Shown piece after piece: positions 8,891 to 17,097 of a stretch of DNA of 64,000 bases. The position numbers and the translations under genes are program-made. Position 1 is the stretch's first letter. Every line of letters begins with the position of its first letter. This DNA is from Planctomycetota bacterium (GTDB lineage: Bacteria > Planctomycetota > UBA1135 > UBA2386). The notes under the pieces were generated by a model that was given only the letters and a program-made list of their open reading frames with translations, made no database searches and was not told where the DNA came from. Location of the stretch: contig OZ245838.1 in NCBI GenBank assembly GCA_965228735.1, forward strand, positions 5,920,001-5,984,000. Reading direction: 5' to 3'.

Positions 8891-10278
8891 ACCTCGGTTC
8901 GATCAGCATGCGCAACCTGCGCATTCGGGCCGTTGCGTCGGGACTGACCGCGCTCGCGATCGTCGTCGCGACGGGGCTCTACGCGGCGATCCTGATGATG
9001 GCCGAGCAGACCGACGAGCGTTACAAGGGCAGCGTCGGCGGGTACGGCGCGGTCATCGGGCCGGAGGGCGCGAGTCAGCTCGAGATCGTGCTCAACACGA
9101 TCTTCAACATCGGGAACGCGCCGGCGCTGATCAAGCTGAGCGCATGTCGTGACGTCCGGGCCGGTCGGTTCGGGGGCCGGACGTCGGTGTTCTACGCGAT
9201 ACCTCAAGCGCGTGGCGACAGCATCAGCTCCTACAACTTCCCGGTCGTCGCGACGATCGACGAGATGTTCACGGAGTTCAAGCGCGGCGGTGAGCCGTTG
9301 CAGATGCAGGAGGGGCGCCACTTCGAGTTCTCATGGGATGACCTCCTCGAACTGGGGAAGGGTCTCGCTGCTTGGGAGACGGATCGCAGGACAGGGAACA
9401 ACACGGGAGCGAAGCGCCCGTTGCTCAACGACAAGCTGCGCGAGTGTGTGATCGGCTCGCGTGTGCAGAACAAACTCGGCTTGCGGCTCGGCGATGTGGT
9501 GACGCCAGTGCACGGCAAGATGAGCGACGTCAACTTTCACGAGCACCCCGAAGCGGCATGCAAGATCGTTGGCATCCTCGCGCCAACGAACTCGCCGCTC
9601 GATTCCACAGTGTTCCTGCCGTTGGGGACGCACCTGCTCATCGACGGTCATGAGGGTGGGGTGTTCATCGTCGACGTTCCGCCCGGCAAGAATCCCGACG
9701 CAGTGAAGAACGAGCCGGTCAACGTCTGGCAGATTGGGTTGACGGCAGTCGTCGCCGATCCCAAAGATCACTTCGGCACCCCATTGTTGCGCGACGCGTT
9801 CTCCCGTCGTGGGGGAGCCCAGGTCAGCTGGCCGCAGGACATCGTCCCGAAGTTCCTTCGCGACATCGGCAACATCGCCGAGGCGCTGATGATCGTCGCC
9901 TGGCTCGTGTTGTTCGGCGCGGGTCTCTCGATCTCCGCGGTCATCTACAACACGATGAACGAACGTCGCCGCGAGATCGCGATCATGCGTTCGCTCGGCG
10001 CGCGCCGCGGTCAGATCTTCGCGATCATCGTGCTCGAGGCCGGCCTCCTGTCGTTCTTCGGCGCGCTGCTCGGCCTCGTGATCTGTCACCTCGCGGCCCT
10101 CGGTCTCGGTGAGATGGTCGAGGATCGCACGGGCGTCTACCTCGAATGGCTGCGCGTTTCGCTCTGGGAGATCTGGCTCCTGCTCGGCGTGACCGGCATC
10201 GGCGCGGTCGCCGGCCTGCTGCCCGCGGTGAAGGGCTCCCTGACCGAAGTCGCCGACAGCCTCGCCCAGAACTACTAG
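8887..10278 (+). CDS. ABC transporter permease, FtsX/MacB-like
   Basis: GTGA overlap with the ATPase; one N-terminal TM, large periplasmic domain with HEH, three C-terminal TMs with ERRREIAIMRSLGA. Confidence 0.93.
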   Translation: MNLGSISMRNLRIRAVASGLTALAIVVATGLYAAILMMAEQTDERYKGSVGGYGAVIGPEGASQLEIVLNTIFNIGNAPALIKLSACRDVRAGRFGGRTSVFYAIPQARGDSISSYNFPVVATIDEMFTEFKRGGEPLQMQEGRHFEFSWDDLLELGKGLAAWETDRRTGNNTGAKRPLLNDKLRECVIGSRVQNKLGLRLGDVVTPVHGKMSDVNFHEHPEAACKIVGILAPTNSPLDSTVFLPLGTHLLIDGHEGGVFIVDVPPGKNPDAVKNEPVNVWQIGLTAVVADPKDHFGTPLLRDAFSRRGGAQVSWPQDIVPKFLRDIGNIAEALMIVAWLVLFGAGLSISAVIYNTMNERRREIAIMRSLGARRGQIFAIIVLEAGLLSFFGALLGLVICHLAALGLGEMVEDRTGVYLEWLRVSLWEIWLLLGVTGIGAVAGLLPAVKGSLTEVADSLAQNY

Positions 10279-10376
10279 ACCGTACGGTACCGACCGTACG
10301 GTACCTGGTTCATCCTGCCGGGGAGCCCGCGGCGCAGCCGCGGGCTCCCCGGCAGGATGAACCGCGTACCGTACGG
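10278..10376. repeat. Inverted-repeat element family B, copy 1
   Basis: 40-bp stem (10294-10333 / 10337-10376, 2 mismatches, 3-nt loop); the left end forms a 14-bp tandem duplication GACCGTACGGTACC (10278-10291, 10292-10305). Confidence 0.9.
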
Positions 10377-10430
10377 GTAGTTTTCCTGTGACGCGGCGGG
10401 GCGCTCACGGGAAGGCGGGCTGGACCTGCG

Positions 10431-13145
10431 ATGAATCACTGCTCGGCACCCCTGCTCCTGACGATGGCATTGTTCCCGGCCGGGCTCATGGCCCAGCAGA
10501 GCGCTGCCATCCTGCACGCCCCGCTCGTCGTCACCCCGGTCGACGCGCCGCCGCTGCAGGCGCTCGGCGATTTCGACGGCGACGGTGACCTCGACGCGAT
10601 CGGCTCGCGCGTGCACCCGACGCAGAACGCGGTCGAGGTCGTGGTGTGGCCGAACGCGGGCGGCGTGTTCGGCGCGCCCGTCGTCGTGCCGCTGCCGTTC
10701 CAGCCGATCGCCGGCGCGGCGCCGCGGTCGCTCGCGCTCGCGGTCGCGGATCTCGACCAGGACGGGCGCGACGACTTCGTCGTGGGTGACGGTGCCGGTG
10801 TCGTGCTCGGTCGAGGCTCGCCGGGGCTGCTGTTCCAGTTCCAGAACGTCGCGCTCCCCGGCGCGCCGCGTGCGCATGCCGTGACCGCCGGGCACTTCGA
10901 CGGCGACCACCTGCCGGACCTCGCGGTTGCCTACGTCGACCAGCAGTCCGCGCTTCGACTCAGCGTCCTGCGCTCGACCGCCGCGCCGCTGCACGCGCAG
11001 GTCGCGATCGCCGCGGGCGCCGTTCCGCGCGTGATCAACGCCGAGCTCGACGATCAGGCCGGCGACGAGTTGCTCGTCAGCGACGAACGAACGGGCGACG
11101 CCTGGCTCTATGGCGTCGCCGTCGGGCAGCTCGCGCTGTTCGCGCCCGTTACCCACGCGCTCACGGGCCCCGGCGCGACCACGTGGCACTGGACCGGGGG
11201 TGACGTCGACGGTGACCAGCGCGACGACCTCGTCGTGTTCCGGCCCGGCGACGGTTCGCACCCGGCGCGGTACCAGCTGCTGCGGCGCACGGGTTCGGTC
11301 GCGTTTGCGGCCACGCCGACCCGCGCGGGCGGGCCGGCACAACGACTCCTCGACGTCGATGGGGACGGCGACCTCGACGGTGTCGGCGGCATCGGCGCAC
11401 CCAGCCCGGTCGCGGGCGCGTGGCCGCGCCTCGACTTCGAGTCGACGTTCACCATCGCGCAGAACGACGGGAACGGCGGCTTCGCCTCGGCATGGCGCGT
11501 GCCGGCCGCGGGCGCGACCCGCCTCGCCGGCGCCGCCGACATCGACGCCGACGGTGACGTCGACCTCGTCGCCGGCCGCTGCGTGTTCTATGGCCGCGGT
11601 CCGCTGCGGTCCGAACCGACGCCGCTCGCGGGCGGCCTCGACGCCCGCACCGACGCGCGGCCGTGGCAACTGCACGACCTCGATCGCGACGGTGATCTCG
11701 ACCTCGCGACCAACCGCAACCGCGGCGATGGCGCGATGACCCCGCGTTCCCAGGTCGTCGCTCCGCCCGCCGGCCACGTGCTCGTCGGCGGCTTCGAGGT
11801 CGACGTCGACGGCGACGGCGCGCGCGATCGGATCGTGCAGCTGCGTGCGGGCAGCACCCCGCAGCAATCGACGTTCGTCGCGATGGCGCTGCTGCAGAAC
11901 AACGGCGGCGGGCACTTCCACTACCAGGGCCCGATCGCGGCGAACGGGTCGTCGTCCGGTCCGGCGACGGCCACGGCCAGCTTCGGCCCGGACAGCTCGC
12001 GCGCGGCCGACTGCGACGGTGACGGCGACGAGGACCTGATCTGGACGAGCGATCCGGCGCGCGGCGAGGGCTTCGCTGCGAGCATCCACTGGAACCAGGG
12101 TGCGCAGCAGGGCGGGCAGTTCGTCGCCGGGCCGAGCTTCAACGCGGCGACGGGTGGGCGCGTCGAGGCCGTGGCCGACTTCGATGGTGACGGGCAGCCG
12201 GACCTGGTGACCTCGGACGGGCTCGCGGTGCACGTGCTGCGCGGCGGCGGTCCTGCGACCCAACCGTTCGCGTCCGCGTGGAGCGGTCCCGCGATGCCGT
12301 TCGAGCCGGCCGCGATCGTGGTCGCCGACGTCGACGACGACGGGCGCCTGGACTTCGCACGGCCTGACCACGCGGGGCAGATCGTGCTGTTCGTCAATCG
12401 AACGCCCGCCGCCGGCCCGCTGCAGTTCGTCGCGACGCCGCTCGCGGGCGTCACGCTCACCGTCCGTGACATCGTGACCGGCCCGCGCGCGACCCTCACC
12501 GCCGCCGACCTCGACGCGGACGGCCGCACGGATCTCGTGGCGGGCGGACTCGCGGGCGAACCGGGAACGAGCGTCGTGCTGCGCCGGTCAGCCTGGTCCG
12601 ATCCGCCGACGCTCGCCGACTACGATGTCACGCGCCAGGCGTTCGCCGGCGGCTTCGCGTGCGACATCGACGGTGACGGCGACGAGGACCTCGTGCTGGA
12701 CCGCGCGATCCACGGCGCGCGCTTCCGCGGGCGGCGCGGCGGCATGCGACTGCAGAAGTTCGAAGGCACGGTCGGCGAGGCCGGCGCCGTGCCGGTGCTC
12801 GGCGGCACGGGGCCGTATCGCATCGGACTCACCGATGTGATGCGGCTCACGGGCGTGCCCGGTCCGACGCTCTCGATCATGGGGCTCGCGCTGCGCGAGG
12901 CCGACCTGCCGGATCACCCGCGCCCGGGCCTGCACCTGCGCCTCGACCCGTCGCTCATGCTCGTCGTCTGGTGGCCGGTGCCGACGAACGGTCAGGGCCG
13001 CGCGGCGGCCATCGCGACCCTGCCGAGCTTCATCATGCCGGGGTTCGCGGGCGTCACGTTCTACGCCCAGGTGTTCGTGGTGGACGCGGCGGCGCCGTCC
13101 GGGTTCACGCAGACCAACGTGCTGGAGAAGCGGATCGGCTGGTAG
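10431..13145 (+). CDS. Secreted FG-GAP/VCBS repeat protein with the shared C-terminal domain
   Basis: Signal peptide GLMA-Q; more than 10 DxDGDGxxD Ca-binding motifs; C-terminus GVTFYAQVFVVDAAAPSGFTQTNVLE. Confidence 0.9.
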   Translation: MNHCSAPLLLTMALFPAGLMAQQSAAILHAPLVVTPVDAPPLQALGDFDGDGDLDAIGSRVHPTQNAVEVVVWPNAGGVFGAPVVVPLPFQPIAGAAPRSLALAVADLDQDGRDDFVVGDGAGVVLGRGSPGLLFQFQNVALPGAPRAHAVTAGHFDGDHLPDLAVAYVDQQSALRLSVLRSTAAPLHAQVAIAAGAVPRVINAELDDQAGDELLVSDERTGDAWLYGVAVGQLALFAPVTHALTGPGATTWHWTGGDVDGDQRDDLVVFRPGDGSHPARYQLLRRTGSVAFAATPTRAGGPAQRLLDVDGDGDLDGVGGIGAPSPVAGAWPRLDFESTFTIAQNDGNGGFASAWRVPAAGATRLAGAADIDADGDVDLVAGRCVFYGRGPLRSEPTPLAGGLDARTDARPWQLHDLDRDGDLDLATNRNRGDGAMTPRSQVVAPPAGHVLVGGFEVDVDGDGARDRIVQLRAGSTPQQSTFVAMALLQNNGGGHFHYQGPIAANGSSSGPATATASFGPDSSRAADCDGDGDEDLIWTSDPARGEGFAASIHWNQGAQQGGQFVAGPSFNAATGGRVEAVADFDGDGQPDLVTSDGLAVHVLRGGGPATQPFASAWSGPAMPFEPAAIVVADVDDDGRLDFARPDHAGQIVLFVNRTPAAGPLQFVATPLAGVTLTVRDIVTGPRATLTAADLDADGRTDLVAGGLAGEPGTSVVLRRSAWSDPPTLADYDVTRQAFAGGFACDIDGDGDEDLVLDRAIHGARFRGRRGGMRLQKFEGTVGEAGAVPVLGGTGPYRIGLTDVMRLTGVPGPTLSIMGLALREADLPDHPRPGLHLRLDPSLMLVVWWPVPTNGQGRAAAIATLPSFIMPGFAGVTFYAQVFVVDAAAPSGFTQTNVLEKRIGW

Positions 13146-13156
13146 GGGCCCCCCGG

Positions 13157-13224
13157 GCTTCGAATCCGCTCGCCCGGCGCTGGGCCAAATCCCCGGTGGC
13201 CAGGGGGTTGTGGCCGGCTGGCGG
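13157..13224. repeat. Degenerate copy of family A element
   Basis: GCTTCGAATCCGC left-arm remnant; spacer motif GGTTG (13206-13210) at the same +35 offset as in the intact copies; right arm eroded. Confidence 0.55.
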
Positions 13225-13343
13225 CGAGACAAAGATACCGAGACTGGTTTCGATCACGGATCCTCGCGTATCGAATGGTCCGATGGGTCGTATACGATGG
13301 TCCGTCGCGCTGGATCCACGGACGTGACCAACCGCCTACTGCC

Positions 13344-14084
13344 ATGAAGATCACCCTGTCGCTCATCGCCTCGCTTCTGCTCGGCTGTTCGCTCCTGGCT
13401 CAAGAACCTCCGAAGCCCGTTTCGGGTAAGGAGATCGAGAAGGCCGAGAAGCAGGACCCGAAGCCGGAGAAGCAGGATCCGAAGAAGCAGGACCCGAAGA
13501 AGCAGGATCCGAAGAAGGGCAAGCAGGACCCCAAGAAGGACCCGAAGAAGGGGGCGGACAAGACCGACGAGCCCAAGATCGAGCAGCCCGCGGCCGACGA
13601 GCCGATTCCGCAGGGCACCGATCCGGCCGACCTCGCCGCGATCAAGAGCGCCGAGCAGATGCTCGAGGCCGAGCGCAAGCTCGCCAAGATGATCAAGGAA
13701 GGCAAGATCACCGGCCTCGACAAGATCCTGCCGTTCGACGAGCTCACGGCCTGGCCCTACGAGGACGGCCTCAAGGGCATGCCGAAGCGCGTGAAGGAGC
13801 TGTCGGGCAAGAAGGTCCTGATGACGGGCTTCATGCTGCCGATCGACGAGGTGCAGAACATCAAGGAGTTCCTCCTCGTGCAGTCGCTGTGGTCGTGCTG
13901 CTACGGCCAGCCGCCGGACATCAACGGCATCGTTCGCTGCGTCATGCCGAAGGGCAAGACGACGGACTACTTCTTCGACCCGCTCAAGATCATCGGCACG
14001 TTCAAGGTCGAGGCGACGGTGCTCGACGGCTACTGCGTCGACATCTACCAGCTGCACGTCGAGAGCCTCGAAGCGATCCGCTGA
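13344..14084 (+). CDS. DUF3299-family (ZrgD-like) exported protein
   Basis: Signal peptide (LLA-Q or lipobox LLG-C), KQDPK repeats, then LSGKKVLMTGFMLP...EFLLV...CCYGQPP typical of DUF3299. Confidence 0.8.
   Translation: MKITLSLIASLLLGCSLLAQEPPKPVSGKEIEKAEKQDPKPEKQDPKKQDPKKQDPKKGKQDPKKDPKKGADKTDEPKIEQPAADEPIPQGTDPADLAAIKSAEQMLEAERKLAKMIKEGKITGLDKILPFDELTAWPYEDGLKGMPKRVKELSGKKVLMTGFMLPIDEVQNIKEFLLVQSLWSCCYGQPPDINGIVRCVMPKGKTTDYFFDPLKIIGTFKVEATVLDGYCVDIYQLHVESLEAIR
13449..13550 (+). repeat. Imperfect 15-bp coding tandem repeat (KQDPK)
   Basis: AAGCAGGAYCCSAAG units, 5-6 copies with synonymous variation and small insertions. Confidence 0.8.
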
Positions 14085-14225
14085 GGCGACGCCCGGGGAG
14101 AGGCCGAGGGGGCCGTCCCGCGGGCGCGCGGTTGCCGGGCGGGCTGAACGGCCCGTGGCATCGGCCTGAGGGTTCCCCCCAGCCCGCGCGCAAGCTGGGC
14201 GGCCCCGATGCCGATAGAGGGGGCG

Positions 14226-15683
14226 ATGGACGATGTCCCGACGCCACCTCTCCGTCGCGGCCTGACGCTCACGCAGCGCCTCGCGCTGTCGCTGTTCGCC
14301 GGCGCGCTGTTCGTCGCGACCGTGCTCGGTTTCCTGAGCGCGTCGCGGGCGGAGCAGGAACGCAGCGCTCGCACCGCGGCGACGGAGCTCGAGCTCGCGG
14401 AGGCGGCTGCCGAACGGGCCGGACCGCTGCTCGAACGCGGCGATTCGATGCGACTCTCCGTCCTCGCGACGCTGCTGCGCGAACAGATCGATGGCCGCGT
14501 GCTCGTCCTCGATCGCGGCGGCCGCGTCGTGATCGATACGGCGCTCGCCTACGGTGATCGACGCCTCGGCCTGGTCGCAGCTTCCGGCGCGTTCCAGCGC
14601 ACGCTCGATCTCGAAAGCGCCGACGAGGCGGTCGAGCAACGCGAGTCACTCGTGCCGGTCCGCTATGGCGGCGACGTCATCGGCGAGCTGCGGGTGCAGC
14701 GCACCCTGCAGGCCGCGGCCTCCACGTTCGACCTGACCTGGTTCGCGCTCGTGCTGCTGAGCTGTCTGTCGCTCGTGATCGTCGCGGTCGTGATGGGCCA
14801 CCACTGGTCGTCGCGCGTGCGCTCCGCTACGGACTCCCTCATCCGTCTGTCGGCGGGCGAGTCCGGCGATGTCGAGACCGGCTCGGGCGAGGTCGAACTC
14901 CAGGACCTCGGCTACGCGCTGCGCGAGATGGAACGTGGCGTGCACGAGGGTCTGCAGCTCGTGACCGAGGGCTACGTTCGCATGGCGCAGCAGATCGTCA
15001 TCAACCTCGAACGCCACCGCCTCATCCCGCCGGGCCACGGCGCGCGCACCGAAGCGCTCGCCATGCGGATCGCGGATCGCGTGCAGATGCTCTCGGCGGA
15101 CCGCGAGGACCTCGCGCTGGCCTGTCGCCTCGTCGATCTCGGCAAGGGCTGGGTGCGTCCGGCGATCCTGCAGAAGGTCGGCGAACTCTCGCCGGAAGAG
15201 CTCACTTCGCTGCGCCAGCATCCGCTGCGCGCCGCGGAGGCGCTCGCCGCGTTCCCGCCGCTGCGGCGCGTCGCGACGATCCTGCGGCACCAGTCCGAAC
15301 GGTACAACGGCTCGGGTCTGCCCGAGGGCCAGCGCGGCGACCGCATCGCGCTGCCCGCGCGCATCCTCGCGATCGCGGCTGCGTTCGACCTGCTCACGAC
15401 CTGCTCGAGCGAGCGGCCGCTGGAATGGGAGGACGCGCTCGCCGAACTCGAGAAGGCGCGCGGCGAGGTGTTCGATCCGTGGCTGCTCGACATCTTCGCG
15501 GAGGAGATCCGCAAGGACCCGCCGGCCCACGTCGACGATCGGCCGGTCATGATCGTGCCCGGCGGCCTCGTGCCGTGGGACGACGGCGCGCCCGGCCACG
15601 GACGTGAGGACGAAGACGACGGCGACGAGATCGTCGTCGGCGACCTCGAGGTCCTCTCGGACGACGACGAGGATCGCCCATGA
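14226..15683 (+). CDS. Membrane sensor with periplasmic domain, HAMP-like linker and degenerate HD-GYP domain
   Basis: Two TM helices; HD-GYP framework (GHGART, LVDLGK, LRQHP, RHQSERYNGSGLP, ARILAIAAAFD, GEVFDP); acidic tail. Confidence 0.85.
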   Translation: MDDVPTPPLRRGLTLTQRLALSLFAGALFVATVLGFLSASRAEQERSARTAATELELAEAAAERAGPLLERGDSMRLSVLATLLREQIDGRVLVLDRGGRVVIDTALAYGDRRLGLVAASGAFQRTLDLESADEAVEQRESLVPVRYGGDVIGELRVQRTLQAAASTFDLTWFALVLLSCLSLVIVAVVMGHHWSSRVRSATDSLIRLSAGESGDVETGSGEVELQDLGYALREMERGVHEGLQLVTEGYVRMAQQIVINLERHRLIPPGHGARTEALAMRIADRVQMLSADREDLALACRLVDLGKGWVRPAILQKVGELSPEELTSLRQHPLRAAEALAAFPPLRRVATILRHQSERYNGSGLPEGQRGDRIALPARILAIAAAFDLLTTCSSERPLEWEDALAELEKARGEVFDPWLLDIFAEEIRKDPPAHVDDRPVMIVPGGLVPWDDGAPGHGREDEDDGDEIVVGDLEVLSDDDEDRP

Positions 15684-16822
15684 GTTCGGTGCGCTCCGCG
15701 GGCCTCGTGGCAGCTCTGTTCTTGCTGGGCTTCACCGCGTGCGTCGCGCCGCGCGACGCCTACGTCCGCGCCGAACGCGCGCTGCGGGCGCTCGATCTGC
15801 CGAGCGCGCTCGTCGCGTTCGACGAGGTGCCCGTGTCGCACCCGCGCTACCCGGAGGCGCGCGCCGCCGCGCTGTCCGTCGAACAACGCATGCGCCGGGG
15901 GCACGAGCTGTTGCTCGAGGCGCTGCTCCGGCGGGCCGAGTGGCGTGACCAGGAGGCGCTCGTTCTGCTGCAGCAGGCGCGGGTGCACTGGCCTCGCATG
16001 CCTGGCGTCGAGGAACTGATCGCGGCGACGTCCGCGCGCTCGCGAGTGCTCGTGGGCGAGGCGGCGCCGATCGCCGGCCGGCCCGTCGAGGCACCGGAGT
16101 TCGTGCCGGGCGTCCCAGCGGGCGAGTCGAACGCCCCGGGGCAGGCTGCCCTCGGAGTGGCATCACCGGACGAGAGCACGGCGGGGCCGGATGCCGGCCC
16201 GGACGGCGAGTCGCCGACCGAGGGCGGTAGCGGGGCCACGCCGGCGGACGGCAACGAGCCCGTTGCGGTCATCGAGACGGCGAGCGGTGACGAGCCCGCC
16301 GCCAGTGGGCCGACAACGACGCCGGGGCCGGAACCGGAACTGGCGACCGCCGGACCGGACGGAATCGGGAGCCCGAGCGACACCGGTAACGTCGACCGCA
16401 CCGCGTCGTTCGAAGGCGCGGGCACGAAGACGCCGGGCGGGAGTGTGCCCATCGCCGATTCCGGATCGGTGCCGACCGGCGTCGTGATCGGGCCGCAGCT
16501 GCCGCCGGCCGGCACGGTTGGCGAAGACCCCGTCGCGGCCGGTCTCGTCGCGGTCGAGTCGCGGCTCGGGCGCGGTGACCTCGAAGCCGCGGTCGCCGAT
16601 CTGATTCAACTCGCCGAACGCCATCCGCACGACGCGCGGGTGCGCATCCGCCTGGCCAAGGTGCTCCACCAGCGCGCGCTGCAGCGCTACGGGCAAGGTC
16701 GGCTGCAATCCGCGATCGCCGATTGGGAACGCGTCGTCGGGCTCGACCCGGCCAACGAGATCGCGCAGAGCCAGTTGGTGACCGCGCGCGGCGAACGTCG
16801 GGCGCTGCCGCCAAAGCGCTGA
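15680..16822 (+). CDS. TPR-containing lipoprotein with long Pro/Gly/Thr-rich linker
   Basis: ATGA overlap; lipobox FTA-C; TPR-like C-terminus (ALQRYGQGRLQSAIADWERVVGLDPAN). Confidence 0.8.
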   Translation: MSSVRSAGLVAALFLLGFTACVAPRDAYVRAERALRALDLPSALVAFDEVPVSHPRYPEARAAALSVEQRMRRGHELLLEALLRRAEWRDQEALVLLQQARVHWPRMPGVEELIAATSARSRVLVGEAAPIAGRPVEAPEFVPGVPAGESNAPGQAALGVASPDESTAGPDAGPDGESPTEGGSGATPADGNEPVAVIETASGDEPAASGPTTTPGPEPELATAGPDGIGSPSDTGNVDRTASFEGAGTKTPGGSVPIADSGSVPTGVVIGPQLPPAGTVGEDPVAAGLVAVESRLGRGDLEAAVADLIQLAERHPHDARVRIRLAKVLHQRALQRYGQGRLQSAIADWERVVGLDPANEIAQSQLVTARGERRALPPKR

Positions 16823-16884
16823 TTCGTCAGCGGGAGCCGCGGTGGCCGACTGCGGGTGCCCGTCGCGTCACGGGCGGGAGAAAG

Positions 16885-17097
16885 AAAGCCGGGGGTGAAA
16901 CTTCGGGAAAAGGGGAAGAAGGAGAGTCAAGTTTTTACGTCCGTCGCGGACAACCCCCGGCGGGTGTATGGGTCGCGTCGCGGCAACACAGGCGTGACGC
17001 CAGGCGACGCGAGATCTCTCTCGTATGTCTAGGTCCTCGGGCTCGCGAAGGAACCCTAACTCCTGAATTCAGGGTAGCTCGGATCCGACGGGTGGTC
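16885..17097. ncRNA. Candidate structured non-coding RNA between convergent genes
   Basis: Lower-GC ~270-bp gap with several stems (CCGGGGGT/ACCCCCGG, TCGCGTCGC/GCGACGCGA, CCTGAATTCAGG). Family not identified. Confidence 0.25.

Noticed and set aside
16890..16910. GGGGGTGAAAC resembling a tmRNA 5' end
   Set aside because: Not followed by the conserved TCGAC, and no T-arm/CCA 3' end or tag reading frame is found downstream.
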